A stretch of 64,000 nucleotides of DNA from assembly GCF_964355755.1 (NCBI RefSeq), contig NC_092670.1:22244795-22308794 (forward strand), given 5' to 3'. Positions 14,801 through 29,800 of this stretch are shown in pieces (positions within the stretch are counted from its first letter, which is position 1; each line of letters begins with the position of its first letter). The notes under the pieces were generated by a model, which was not told the origin of the DNA, did no database searches, and saw only the letters and a list, made by a program, of their open reading frames with translations. The stretch comes from Antedon mediterranea (Eukaryota; Animalia; Echinodermata). The translations under genes were made by a program, and so were the position numbers.

Positions 14801-17800
14801 CAAGAAAGTATTTGAGGAGCAGACGAAATTTTGGGCATTGATATCACTTTCCATTTCTTACAACACTTTTTACGCATCAGGACTATATACATGAAAAATA
14901 ATTTTAATCGTTAATTATTAGAACAATATCAGTATTAATTTAACAGTGAAGTATATTTGATTAACAACAAATAAAATCTTAAAAATATATTTAGGAACCA
15001 TGGCGGTACGGTAACTTTTATATTTTCTAGGCCCCCAACAAAGTATGATCGCCACGAACCACGCACTTCATAGCGTGACAAGAAAGCGCCAAGCCCCCTA
15101 AACATTCCATCGCGTGGTGAATTGCCGCATCTCCCATTGTCGCTATGGCGTGACGTAGCTCAAGTCGGACTTGCGCGAAGAAAATAATGTAATTTGTATA
15201 CAGTTGTAAATAAAGATGATTTTCATTATTATAATTTATACCAATGTATATTTAATTAAGCTAATATAAATATAGATATTTCATTCTTCAATATCTGGCC
15301 AATATAACAACTCAATGACTGTTACGTTTTTTATAAACATCGTTTAAAAACCATTTAGTCGACCATTTAGTCTGCCTCCTCCAGGACTAAAAAAATCGAT
15401 CAAAATCCGTCTCGATTTAGTCGAGGTTGGCCTGATTTAGTCGGTGATTTAGTTGAAGTTCGGTTTATGAATTAAAATGACGTCATTTTTTTAGTTTTAG
15501 CTCGAACTACGACTAAAGTCCGATTTAAGAATACGGGCGTAAGTGTTTCTTTCGCTTCCCTTTTGTCCAGCTCAGAGAAATGATTAAGGCAAATATCTAA
15601 AAGTTGCTCAAAGGTCCTGGAATTCATGTTATTCAGTATATAACATAATAACTCATTTATTACACAAACAGGACCATTATGCAAGATAACATCGTTGGTT
15701 ACATCATTTACATCATTTTCAGTGGTATTCGTGTCAGTATTCGATGATACAGGCGCAGCCACAGGTGGCATAGCTTTACGGCTAGCCATTGTTGATACCG
15801 CCGTGGGCCTTGGTGACCGGTACTGACAGCTGTCAATCAATCAATGTCAATCAAACTACACAGAGATAGACTACTGTGTGCTGCTATTGTAAATAGCAGC
15901 AACTTTCACCAAATAAGACAAAAATGGCATCCAATTACTTCAAAATGAACATAGATTACATCAAAGCTAGAAAATCTATCTAAGATCAGTAACATAAACC
16001 ATTTTGTTGTGATCAAAATACGGTTATAGTAGAACGCTACCCGCGCCTATTGCATTGATTTTGTCAGAATCTTTATTTATTTATTCTTTCCTTAGCATTA
16101 CTTTGTCCGTCAATTATCTTGATATCAGTTTCACCTAGCTACGTCAATTTTTCAGATTATTTCCCTTATGGCCAGGAATTGATGTGGTTATGTTTTAACG
16201 ATGCGCAAAAAGTATGCGGTTTACGCGCGATTTAACGAAATCACGTTTGTAATCATATCTTCACAAGCATAGATCATAATTAAACCAAATTTGGTACTCA
16301 TAAATTTCAGGTCATATTTCATCATATGGCAATACAATTACATGCGTAGCGCAAATAACGCATGCGGAGGACAATTTAACAATTGCCATGAGTGCGCTTA
16401 TTTTTGCACACGCACTGCACATTTAACGAAAATTTTCAACTTAAAATCGCGCTATACAAGCATATCAAAAGTGACAGGACACGCACATGTAAGCTAAAAA
16501 TTGTGAAAATATGCTTAATTTAAAAATTAATATAAATCGTTAGAATGCTCGGTGAACCCTATTTTTAATTTCATTTTCTTAAAGTTTATGTATCATATTC
16601 ATGAAAAAAAGTTGATTTTGTCATCATAAATTGGATATTAAACAATATTTTTTAAATTTTGACAATCAATCAAACTATGACATTTTCTTGGACCGAAATA
16701 ACAAACATTAACATTAACCTTCTTTTAAATGTTCATATATTAAAGTTAAAATTATATACTTTGACAGTGCTTCAATAATTTTTTACATAATAGTAAAATA
16801 TTGTGATTCATTGAGGTATGTAATAATCTATCTGCACCAAAGTGCTCACTGCATAAATACATGGAGGAATCTTTCTTCAACTTTTATTCAGGTGTGTGGC
16901 CTGTGATTGCGTCTAGTGATTTAGGGTACCGAGATCGATTCTCACAACATAGATTTTTTGTTTTGCCTATCTGTATTGTTTTGTTCAATTTTATTTTGTA
17001 GTGTATAAATTATATGCATGATTTCTAATGAAATCTATTGTCAGAAAAAGTAACTTATGACTTTTTTATTATGTAACAAGGGTGGTTTATGACATACGCA
17101 GAGGGCTCTTTGATCAAGTTGTTTTATTAAGTGACTCGATGTGCAGTGATACCGGCTATTGTATTGCGTTACCAAGATCCTATCTTTCATATTATAATAA
17201 CAAAAGATTTCTTAAAAATCAATCTATCAGCATATATTTTAAAAAATCAATTATCTTTATTTAAATCAATGCATGTAATTGTAACCTATAATTCGTCATA
17301 GTGACGAATTAAATCTAGTTGTTTGTAATTAATGTGGAGTAGCTTTGTGTCAGGGTGTTGAGCAATTGGTCAGATGTTTTGCCCTACTCTGATGTAATTT
17401 GTACTTTATACTAAGTACATTGAGAATTCTTACGAAAAAATATGCAATTAATTCTCGGACTCAAACCTACAACCTGTTGGTGCAGTTCCCGGTGCGTACA
17501 TGGGCTTGAATCTAACCCTTACCCATTAACGCAAGCTTGTGGTTTAGAGGTATGAAAGCCAGGCTAGTGATGTGGAGGTCATGGGTTTGAGTCCCACCCG
17601 AGAATTACTTGTGTATTTTTCTGAAAATATTCTCAATGTACAAATTACATCAGAGTAGGGCAAAACATCTGACCAATTAATAAAATAGGCCAAAAACTTT
17701 CAATGTCAACATTGAAAAGTACAATTTATCTCTTATCATCATCAGAATAATTATCACATAATTCATAAAATATAAATGTCGTACAATAACCTGGAAATCT

Positions 17801-20800
17801 CAGCCTACAAGTCTTTAACCAGAATTCTTACAGGGGCCTTTGCATTTCCACAAATGGAGGAAATATCGCTAGGAGAGCTAGGCTAGGCATATTTATACAT
17901 TCACTGCTGATCTCTAGTTTGAAAAGAGGGTTCATTCAAACCTTTAAATCTCGCACCCCCAACCCCAGCTACGAGGTAGGCTGAATGCACATCTCATGTG
18001 ATGCTTTTTACCTCTTAGTGATGATATAGACCCCCAAACTGCCTAAAAAAATGATCTTACGTTAACTTAACATCAGGAGGGTCCATTTGTATAACATTGA
18101 TTATCTGAGTTGCACTGGCATTACGATTTCCATGAGAGATCAGAAGCATAAATTCATATTGCATGTTGATATCCTTTTGAAAATTTCCAACAGGAATTTC
18201 AAACTTCAACATTTGTCTATATTGCGCAAGTTCTCCTAATAAACAAATGCAAAAATAATATCAATTAATGAATATTCATAAAAAGTTTGCGGTATACCAC
18301 ATATATATAGTTCCGCAAAAAACTTAAGTTTCTCTTTTCAAACTATATATATATATGTGGACGTGTACCTCAAACTTTATATCAACATTATTTTGATTAT
18401 GCCATATAAACCTTCAAACAATATTATACAAATAATGAATGTTTATGAGTGCAATGGTACAAATAATGGCACGAGGTGAACGATGAAAGGTTATATCAAC
18501 GAGGCAAAGCCGAGTTGATATAACCTTTCATCATTCACCAAGTGCCATTATTTGTACCATTACACGAATACAAAACATTCATTATTTGTTTTATATAACA
18601 TCTAGACGTTTTTTTTTCGTACACAAAAATGTTTCAAAAAGTACTATTTAACGATCGTTGAATAGTGCGTACTATTGCACGCCATGTGACCCACATTCGT
18701 CCAATCAAATGACAGGAATTTATATAGGTGTTATATAAAATTAATTAATGAATAGTATGACCAGTTCACATAGAAAAAGTAGGAAACTAATTCTCTGGTA
18801 TAAACATACATACACAAACAATGTTGATGATTTAGGCAAACTGAATTTACCTGAAGTATAAAAGAAAATTATTGATATTGGCAGTTTCCCAAATTATATT
18901 AAATGACCTCCCTTCATCTTGATAGCGTCATAAATGACCGATATTTTATAAAACAGCACTCTCTATGGGTTGTTTGGCTGTGCTTTTATATTATATTTGA
19001 ACCTCTTCTTAGATCCATGAGTTCAATTCATATTATTATTATTTATTTAGGCAAAAGATACATTTTACAAAATATAATACAAATCAACAAATTAATCTTC
19101 ATGCATCAAGACTGCTCTAGTTGCATGTAGAATATGAGGTATTGTTACCATATATTTTAATACTACTACTCTGAGATGGCATTCAGATAGTTGACTGTAG
19201 GAATAAATAAATACATACCAGCAGGTTCATCAAATTCATGAAAGCATCCCATAGAGATATTCCAATTTTGCTCTTGTGTTAAATTATGGAACACTTCATC
19301 CACATATGCTTCCTCTCCACCAACCGCAAATTGTTCTATATCTTTAAAGGTCTTGTTCACATACTCAAATTTATATTGCCGACAAAACCAAGAAATGTTA
19401 AGGTCATCGGTACTTTGTGAATCTGGGTCGATCGTTTCTTCCATGGCATCCATCACAACTATCGATGAATTGCCTACCGTAATAAACGAACCTCCAGCAA
19501 TCCTTGCTTGTAAATCAGATGATGTTACCGTGATGCGGGTGTCGTCGGTAGTTACCAGACCACATTCAATGTCCATAGTAACGGTCAAGCTTACACCGTA
19601 TGTACCATAATCTGTGCCAAAGCTGGCCCTAGGGATTGTAAGCACAGGTAAAGGGCTTCCATATGTAACTACATTATCTGGCAATTGATATGGCACTCCA
19701 TTCTCATCACTAAGTGTCCAATTATAATAAGCTTTGTTAGTAGACTGGCAGGATATACTAATTTCACTAAATATAGTAATTACCTCTGAAGATTTGAATT
19801 GTCTATAACCCTGATCGTCACAGTTATAATTTGCATTACATAAGTTGAGCATTCCAACAGATACCTCTGGATAAAAGCATGGTTTACTAGTTATTATTTG
19901 CTCTGTAAATTTGAATTCCCGTGAGACGATGTTGAATGCAATTATAGTAACATTGTATATGCAGGTAGTGTTAAACTTAACCTTCACATCTAAAATCGGT
20001 GATTTGTCATAAAAGCTTTCTTTCCAAAGCAAGTCATAGTCATTCTTATTATCAGTTTGTTTATCAGTTGTATTATATTCTGTATTACAAATGGTCAAGT
20101 CACCTGTGAAAAATATTGAGCTGTTCAAATATTCAAGGTTGATATACTCAAAACGATAACAAACCCCAGTCCCAAAAATTGATGCCGTCAGATTGAACTC
20201 AACCTCTTCGCTGATATCTATTGGTCCAGGACCTTCAATAGTTAAGTCTCGCATTGCTCCCTCAACCTTAATCTCAACACTTGTTACATTAAAAAACACA
20301 GGATTTGATGAGTTGACTGTTATTACGTAGATTTGTGGGAAGGTATAGTTCCAAGATGCCTGTGGGATGTCTGTAACTTGTCTACTATCATATTCAGTAT
20401 CATTGAAATCCCAGTTATAAGTGAGACCTGTTCCATTCCAATAACTTATCTTCACCAATATTACACGGTCCAACGGAACGTATATTTTGCCTTCATATTC
20501 AAATGCTGGTTCCTCGGTTTCAGTTCTATTTTCGTGAACGTCAATATAGTAAACGTGGGCTTTAACTTGTGTTAACTGTTCGTGAACAATTAATTCTTGA
20601 CACGCAGTACCATTAGAAACCTCATTCCACATTTTCATGCACACATTATAATTACCTTCTACGGTGTAAGTTTGGTTAAAACACATTATAAGCTCACATC
20701 CATCTTGTTCAAATACTGTTAGTAGAGAACAGTTATCTTGAGTCAACAACATTTCTTCACTCTCTGGCAAGTCGAATGATGTATTAAAATAAGCAATAAA

Positions 20801-23800
20801 TGTAACGTTTGTTGGTAAATGAATAGATTGATTTTGAAAAACAAAGAAGGGGACGGATACTTGACCGCTAACGCCTGCATCAAATGGCAGCAGATTGATT
20901 TCCTGCGAGTGAAGCAACACTCCCTCTACAGGATATTGAATAAACTGGTTCGTAGCCATACTAACGGACACATTACAAATAAGATTACTTGCAAGCACAT
21001 CAACATGGTAAACGCCAGAATCGTTATATGGGTGGGAGACATAGAAAGATGTTCTATTACTTATCATATACGTTGCCGAATCTCCAAAACTAACAACGTA
21101 TGTTGTACGCGATCCCCACGTAGTATTTACAAGGAACGTAACATTTTCATCGACTCTCTGGTATTTACCCAATGTATAAATAGCAAGGTTTTCAACTGGT
21201 TGTTCCATTTCAATATCTATGCTGTATTCTATGCGACTAATATGGTTGAAGATGGTAATATTAATTGTATAAGGTCCATATGTGTTCATGTATAATTCAT
21301 GATATGTTCTTTTTGTATTCATATCAAATACCAAACTATAATTCTGCTCTTTATATTCCATTCCTGTGATAAAATACAGCGCTGTTGAATTTGTCGGAAA
21401 GTCATGCTCGTCACCCAAGAAGTCATATTGCGTATATAGTGTTCCGTTACCACTTCCCACTGAATCAATACGTCCTGGCGAGTTTGGCGTTAATTGAATC
21501 TCTCCAAGTGAATTTGGATTTTGCACTACAACAGTATAAAACACAGCATCACTACTGATGTTGTTCCTAGCATAGATGGCAATAGTATAAACACCAGGCT
21601 GTTTGTATGAGTGATTAGCTAGTTGTAAGTTATCATAAAGATTATCATGGTAAACTTCGTACGAAGATCCATCCCCGTACTCAAACAAAATAAGCAGTTC
21701 AGTTCCATTTGTCATAGTGTAATTCACAAACATAGTCTCATTGGTTGAATAGTAATCTTTGTTTGGTTTCATTATTAGACCAACAATTGCTAGTTGGATA
21801 TGTATAACAATACTATCGGTTCTAGGCCCACTGACTTCATTCTCAGCTGTCACAGCCATAACAAAATTACCGGGAGTGGGGAAAATCTCATTATCAAGGA
21901 CACAATGTCCTAAGTTATTTACATCATCGAATTCCAAAAGCTCTTCCTCAATAGACGTCTCGTTAAAAGTGGCATTTAGACGAAGGTTAGATCCATAAGC
22001 TGAAGATAAATTAACACTATAACCAAAATCAAAATCAAGGATTGGCGTTTGATGAACCTGGAAATTAGCAATAGGTGTTTGGATAAATGCATCTGAGTAA
22101 AAACTAACACTGCTTATCGCATTGTGAATGGTAACATTTACCGGAATATTTGCATCTGTGTCTGATGTAAACAAAAGCATGCCATCACCTAAAATAAAAT
22201 AATATAGTCAGTAACACAATATAACACAGAATTTGAGATAAAATAAATTTGAGGTTTGCTGATTAAACATTTCATCTTTCCCCAAATAAAATTATTTTGC
22301 ACGAATATAAAACATTCACATGGTTTCAGTATATCATGTGACCCACAATCCTCCAATCAAATGACAAGCCAGATTTACTTAGGTGGATATATAAAATAAA
22401 CTGTTACCTTCACAACCAATCAGCTCTAAACAAAATTCACCATCTGACAAGAAGGTGATTCTAAAATGTCTTGCATATATGACTTTGACCAAATCAATTG
22501 ATGTAAAGAGTGTGTGAAGTGTTGTCGTTGATGTGTCAGAGGCTGTAAAATTCTATTCAAATAAAACGAAAAAAAAAAAAAAAACACCACATTATGTCAG
22601 GTTTTAAAAATTAGGGAGTGTTCAGTGGACTCTCAAGACTACTGTAAAGCTATGTCTACACCATCAAACTTTATGTGAAAACAAAATGTGCCTATATATG
22701 GCTATTATGATGATGTCATACAGTATTACTACCATATTTGGGCATGTCACTATCATATTTGGGCACATGACATTTTTTTGTCAAACTAGTTTGATAGTGT
22801 ATAGACATAGCTTTAACGTTACACAACACAATCAGAGCAATACTAAAACCCAATCTTAGCTATAGTAGTACTTTTTCCACCCAAAAAATCAGCAACATAC
22901 CATTTTTATGTATATTACATATTAAATAAATGAACTATATTCTGTCTAAAAATTTTCAATTTTTCCTAATACTATATGAATAGTAATTCTTTAAAAATGT
23001 TGAGCTAGTCCAATTGCGTGTCCTATATTGCACTTACCTTAACATTTCCTAAATCGTCCACAACCGAAATCCAATTGTGTTCCATTTGACTGTACTGCAC
23101 TTGAAATGATGTAATGTTTTTAGTCAGTATACCTGAGATGTAACGGAGCATACCAACATCGATATCAATCCATTCAACTGCTCCAACCTGCCAACAGGTT
23201 TCAGTTGATAAAACAACATCACTATTCGTTTTGTAGGTTGACTTGTTTGCAAGTGAAGTCTGGCAAATCAATGGAGCTGTATTTAAAGAGAACCAAATAC
23301 TATATTATGACTATAAACACAGTATTATTCATTGTATGTTAAGTGAAATTCTACACATTATAAGAAATGTTAACTTAGGTCTATAGAGAATGTTTAATTT
23401 AGAACACACAGGTGAAATAAATTTGTCCACACAAACTCTTGTAGGTCACATTCTTATTAATATTTATACAATGCTTTTTTTTTTTTCAAATTCCAAAAAC
23501 AACTCAACAATTACAGGATGGACTGGATCATACTAATTCTCATTTGATGCTTATAGGGATTAGAGATACAACAGTTACAACCATGATACTAGGTCAGGAT
23601 TTAACCTGGAACTTAGGATTGGAAGGCAAGCTACAGCTCCACTACACTGCCTATCTTTTAACTTATAGAAAAGCGAGAACTTACAATAACATCCTACAGG
23701 CTCAAAATGGAAACAACGCGATGAGGAGACAATCATTTTGAAATGACGAGCTATTATGGGATACTCAAAAGCAGTTAACTCAGTAGCTTCACTATCATTT

Positions 23801-26800
23801 AAATCAAACACCTGCAAAACAATAGTATTGATATTAATATGCACTTGTTTAATATCAACTAGGCCACTGCAGTGATTAGATGAATCATTTAGGTGCTCCT
23901 AGCCTGGTGTTTGAACTGGTGCTGATACAATACACAAAGCACAAGGTTGACTAGACCATAGAGGTCTTTGTTAGATAAAGGCAATTTAACAACAGGATGA
24001 TGAGCTCCAGGGATCAAAGGGTGTATCTGTGGCTGCGACACCATCAGCTCCATGCCCATTAACAGACACCACGCGCCACAGTACTGTTGGTAATTGTTGC
24101 AACAGACGTAACATCAAAGGACTTTTAGTTCCTATCTTGCCAATGTAAGCTCAGTGTCAAAAAACAATGAGATAGTAGAGTAGTAGCAAGGCAAGCTGAT
24201 ATATACTCAGAGCTACACAGAGAGGTTGCATTTGGGGCACACACCCATTTGACAGCTAAAATGAAATTATTTGATATTTACATTTTACGAACTATTAATA
24301 TTATATGCTTGTGTTTTAAAAATCTGCTCTTTCTACAACACCCTTTTTTAGTCAATTTCTAAAATGTAAATTTATTGTTGTTCTTGTTCTTGTTGTTGTT
24401 TAAAATAAGTTGAAAATCACCTTATTATCTCCAACTTTAGTCAATATGCTCAACCACTCATCATCATTGCCACGATATGTTACTGTAAAAGTTCCTCCAT
24501 CGGAGAGACCACAACCTTGTGTCACTACACCTGTAATCGTCTGTGGCTTATGAAGATCTACTGATACCCAATGATCAGAATCACTGTTTTCGAAATGGTT
24601 GTCATTCAGTTTTAAGAATGAGCCAGACAGTGATGTGGAATGTGTTATTTGGTCTGCTGTAACACTGCCAGATTCTATTCCAAATGCGCTATTACAAATT
24701 CGTGAACCTAAAAAGAAAAAGTTTTTAATGAGTACATTTTGCCGGAGAGATGAATAGTTTTGATTTTTTTTTTTTAAATTAAAGAAATTACAAGTTTTCT
24801 CAGCCTTCACAACTATTTAACTCTGTCTACACTATTAAACTTTATGGGACAAAAAAATGTGCCCATACAGACATGATGATGTCATATCACTACCATAAAT
24901 AAGCATATCACTACCATATTTGGGCAGATCACATTTTTTGTCAAACTAGTTTGATAGTGTAGACAGATTACTACAAAATGGTTCGGAAAGTGGTCCTTAG
25001 TTGGAGAGAGCTGTACGTATATATTACTTTACCTTTGCATCCCAACATATCTATGTTCATTCCTCCATTTATCTCAACCAGTATGATTTTAAAGTATTGT
25101 GCAATAACACCCTCGGGAAAAAGGTGGGTTACAGGTGATGATGTGCTGCTAGAAAATATCTATAAAAATGAAAGAAATTAGTGATTGAGATACTGCTTAA
25201 ATGATACTGAAAATAATGGCTGTTAGTGGTGGCAAAAGCAAAAAAAAAAACACAGCAGAGTTGCAATAATAACTCATGAGTCAGTGGAGCAGCTAACAGC
25301 AAGATAGTAGTAATAATGTGGCATTATTTTACACGCATGTACTGTATTTATCAATACAGAGCTATCGATTTGTGATGATCTACGTATTGATGTCTGTCGG
25401 TTGTCATCTGGACCTAGAAACAACCAAAAAATGTGCCAATGAATAAAGTGAGAAAGCAGGCCCAAACTCACATTCAATAAATTTACATTACTTAATTTAA
25501 GACTATTTAAATGAACATGACAATCTGTTGTAGAGCATGCCAAGGTTGTGGATTCATCTACCAACTTATAGTAGCAACAGCCAGTGCTAATACTACAGCG
25601 GTAATGGTATTGTCATTTTAGCATTTTTGAGTAAATAAAAAAATTTCATCTTACAACAATTTGCCCACTTCTGTCAATCAGGTCAATATAAGTTGTATCA
25701 TCTAGTGAATATTGTAATTCAAATGATGGTAAGGTACCAGATGATTCAACATGAACTCCTGTAACGGTATGAAGATTATTTAAATGAACATGACAATCTG
25801 TTGTAGCGCATGCCAAGGTTGTGGATTCATCTGCCAACTCCAAACTGTCGCGGCATACAGGTGATACTGAAATATTAAAAAAAAAAATTGGTATTATATT
25901 GTGCTGTGTGTACTCATTATTTGGGAACTTTCTATCTATGATGACCAACGACCTAGAAACGTTGGATCATCTTAAAGATGTCTCCCCTCCCAACAAAGAA
26001 ATAACGATTAATAAAAAAAGACTTTGAATAGGCCATTTCGCAGTTTTAATCAAGTTAATCACTTCCATAGAAAAAACAAAAATAATGTTTTCACTTATAT
26101 AAAGACAAAGAAAATGGTTAAATTCAACCAAAACCCCATTGACTTCCAATCAATTTGACTATCTTTTTTGCTTTAAATTAGTTTTGTCAAGTAAATAATT
26201 TTTTTTCTCCAATGTTTGGTTTACTTTTACTAAATACTATGACATATTCAAGATCAACATTTTTTCAGGGAACAATATATCTTTAATTCATAGAGGTCAT
26301 TTAGGGAAGTTTCTAACACTATTCCTCAACAGGAGTTCTAATTTTACACTAGGCTTATCAATCATCATCAATATTTGGTTGGCTTTTGTGACGTATTTGT
26401 ATTCGTTATTTATAAGGTTTTGAAATTCTATATTATTAAGTCACTTACATCCACAACCCAAGACTTGTAATGTTATGCCACATCCTGCAGAGCAGTCTTC
26501 TATGGTAACCTTTATATAGCGTGCAATTATAGCATTCTTGAAAACGGTTGTCAATCTGTTAGTATAGTCTTCAGTTTCAAATTCCTATAAAGACCGTAAT
26601 ATAGCAAGTAGTTATATTATACTAATAATAATAAAAGTTCTGCCCAGAATGTCAGAGACAGAGTCAATAATGACACTGACAACACCAATTATAATATGGT
26701 TGTCTTATACAGCACCTAATACAAATATTTCTAAGCGCTTTACATACAAAACAGGACAAAATATAGACCACAGTCACATTTGCTATACATTAATGTATTA

Positions 26801-29800
26801 CACCAAAAACTCAATGGGCTTTGAAAAGATGCTACTCATCTTAAAGAGAATCAATGAGAAACCAAAACTGGAAAGCCCCATAAAAGTACGAAGATTCTCT
26901 TATTTCTATTAAGGGTGGGCATGGGATAAAATACCGTACATGTAAATATATCAATGTAAATGAGGAAGATGAGAACATGCCATACAATATTTTAGATACG
27001 GTAAAGGGAAAAAAAATCACAAAAAAGGTTTTAGTGTAGTACCAATAATTATCTTTTGAACAAAATTCTTTGTTCATACTTACACCAACATTTATAAAGT
27101 GATTGTTATCATTACTGTATGCAACTTGAAATATTTCCGCCACCATATTTTCATAGTCTGTTGTAATGACTCCAAGGATAGTAGAAACTCTTGTAAGTTC
27201 AACTGTCATTGAAAGCTCTGCAGAACATTGGTTACAAACGCTACCAGCTTTGGAAGGCGATATCACAGTTCCATTACTTGTTTCTAGTTCTAATGGTGTC
27301 AAACAAGCGCCTGAAAAATACATCAATGAAATTATTCATGCTCCGTAAACTTAAACAAGCAGAACATAATGTGAATGAATTATTGTATATAAAGGCTACA
27401 TCTGCCCATTTTGGAATACTCTGTGGCTTTATGGAACGGTGGGCTTACAATATTGCAGGAGGAGGGAGTGCAAAAACGAGTTTGCCGTTCCATTCTTGGA
27501 AATCAGTACACGGCTTACGACAAAGCACTTGAACACCTTGGACTTGAACCTGCGTCGGCGGAGGTCACTGTGCATGGGGTTTGCTAAAAAAGCCGCCAAG
27601 AGTGAAGGATTCTCCCATTGGTTTGCCATTGCCTAACTCCACCCACAATATGAGTCTTACGACTGTAAACAAATATGGACATTTTGGTGTCACATCATCA
27701 GGATATAAAAATAGCGCACTTCCATATCTTACTTGTCTGCTAAATTCTTAATTGTTTCGTTTCTCATCTTTTGATTCTATTGGATTTTTATCTCCGACGC
27801 TCGTTGCGAATGTTTTCAATTTGCTGCTCAATTGTTTTTTTAAAGATTATTTGTATGAAATTGTTTGATTTGATGTTTTTAATTCAAGGCTTTTTGTAAA
27901 AAAATCCTCAATCCAGCTTTTTGGCTGCTACGGATTTTTGTTTGCCTTAGTGAATTGTGTTTGATGTTTTTTGAAAGTGAAATCAAGATACCGAGATATA
28001 TCGAACTTCGAATTGACTAGAATATATGTATCTCTAGAAAAATAGTTTTTTAGACTAATTTATTTGCGAGGGCTGTCTGCATGCTAGGAATTCTCGACCA
28101 TTTTCTTTACATCACAATCAGGTCACTAGGTGGACAGGTAATGACTAGTATAATTAATATATTCTTCATATTTTTGGATTTGCCGATAGTGTTCACACAT
28201 AAAAGGCACAACATCAACTAACACCCTTTTAACATCATCTAGCAAATCATCAGTACCAAGGTTTTTCTCGTTGTGTGCCTCGTTAGAACATCCTGAGAGT
28301 GAAGTGCTGAAGTTAGAGAAAAGCAAAATCACCTAAATTAGTTAATTAACAAAGTATATATATACCTTCATTAATTATTAATGCATTTGTTAATGTCACT
28401 CCATCAACTGTGATTTCATCTTCCCACGTTAAATTTCTGGGTGATGCAGATAGCGTCCTCTTTTCGGTTGTTCCTATTTCCACATCGATGCTATAGTATG
28501 TTCCTATCAAATAAATAAGTTTCATTTAAGTTAGAAATGTATTCTTACCTGATACAACCTCTACAAAGTTACTTTTTTTAAAAGCTGTGTACTCACTCCA
28601 AAAATTAAGTATTATTTACCTCTATGACCAACCCTTATTCAGGATTCAGGACTATATAACAAAAGTTCCGTAATCATAATTAGTAATAGTAGGAAATTTT
28701 TTATTTTACTTACCTACGTATTGAGGTCGTAGCCTGCAACTAAAAAAACTGTGTCATGGAATAAAGTGAGAAAACGTTTACCAACTTCCTTGCATGGACA
28801 CAGTGACATGACTTAGGTCATCGAATATTGAAAGGTCGCTAATAATTGGTACTTAGCTCGGATGTGGATATTTGTTTCTTAATATAGTAGTCCTACTGTA
28901 TTACCTGACAAAGTATTCCATCTCATCGTGGCTGCTTCAGTAACATTACTAACATCAACATCACGGTGCGGTTGTCTTGGGGATGGTGAAGCTGGTATCC
29001 AATAACTCAATTCACTTACAGGGTCTTCAATTTGAATAATGAACTACATTATAGAAACAGAAAATTACAAACACAACATTATTAAATCCAGTTGTTAAAT
29101 TACATGTTTGAAATAACAAGTATCAGTGTAGTTTCTATAGCATCATTTAACCAAAACTAAATAATTATACCACTTACATCTCCTACAAAAAACTCCGGAG
29201 TTTGAGAAAGGGGGTGATGTGAAAGGGGTATAATTTATGATTATGACGCCATCTTTGAAAAACAAGGTCTAATTGCCAGAATTTTTAAAAAAATTGTGGG
29301 AGACAGCATCTGAAATTGTGGTGGGTAAATTATTAGTGGTGCTTCAGAGTATACTCACAGTGTATACATCTTCACTGATGTTATTAAAAGCTTTCACCGT
29401 AACAGGGTAAATACCAGAATATCCCCATGTGTAATTGACAGTAGATGATTTAGTTGTCAATACATTGTCCCCATTAGCAAAGTCAAACTGGTAGACCACA
29501 TCAGTACCATTATGCTCTGGTATGGTTAACATCACAGTTGCATTGGTTTCCACTATCAATATAAACAATAAGTAATTCATATAAAAAATAAAGCAATGAG
29601 TCTATTACTATACATATACTATTTGTTATTTGATGAACTAGCTGCCCTACTTTATACATGTGTTGGAAGGACAACTTTCAAATTAAAAGAGGTGAAGGAA
29701 ACTTTTAACTAAAAGAATTAATAGGCCTATGTTTTAAGTAGACGAATTTGTTGTTGAAAATAATGTCACTGAAATTTCTATTGAGTTAATTCAGATCAAC

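Larger units (their letters stand above)
11330..16050 (-). mobile_element. Near full-length degenerate LINE (RTE-X-like), boundaries approximate
   Basis: ORF1 pieces 15541-15840, 13979-14611, 13689-13925. ORF2 starts at 13687 (MSLSKLRCVSYNCKSL), with APE motifs IQEHWL, GGVAI, CGDFNA and RT motifs NYRPIAL, FLDASKALDRVNH, GVRQGGVMSP, YADDL. Several frameshifts. Clade assignment is from motif memory (LFRSYC..MY...LW). Confidence 0.9.

Noticed and set aside
19353-21998. Plus-strand ORFs overlapping the large exon
   Set aside because: Antisense shadows of the PKD-repeat exon with no recognisable motifs.
28126-28332. Possible extra exon of the PKD1-like gene
   Set aside because: The nearest acceptor gives a 33-nt intron and an in-phase stop, and the flanking exons join in phase without it. 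Use of an inner acceptor cannot be fully excluded.
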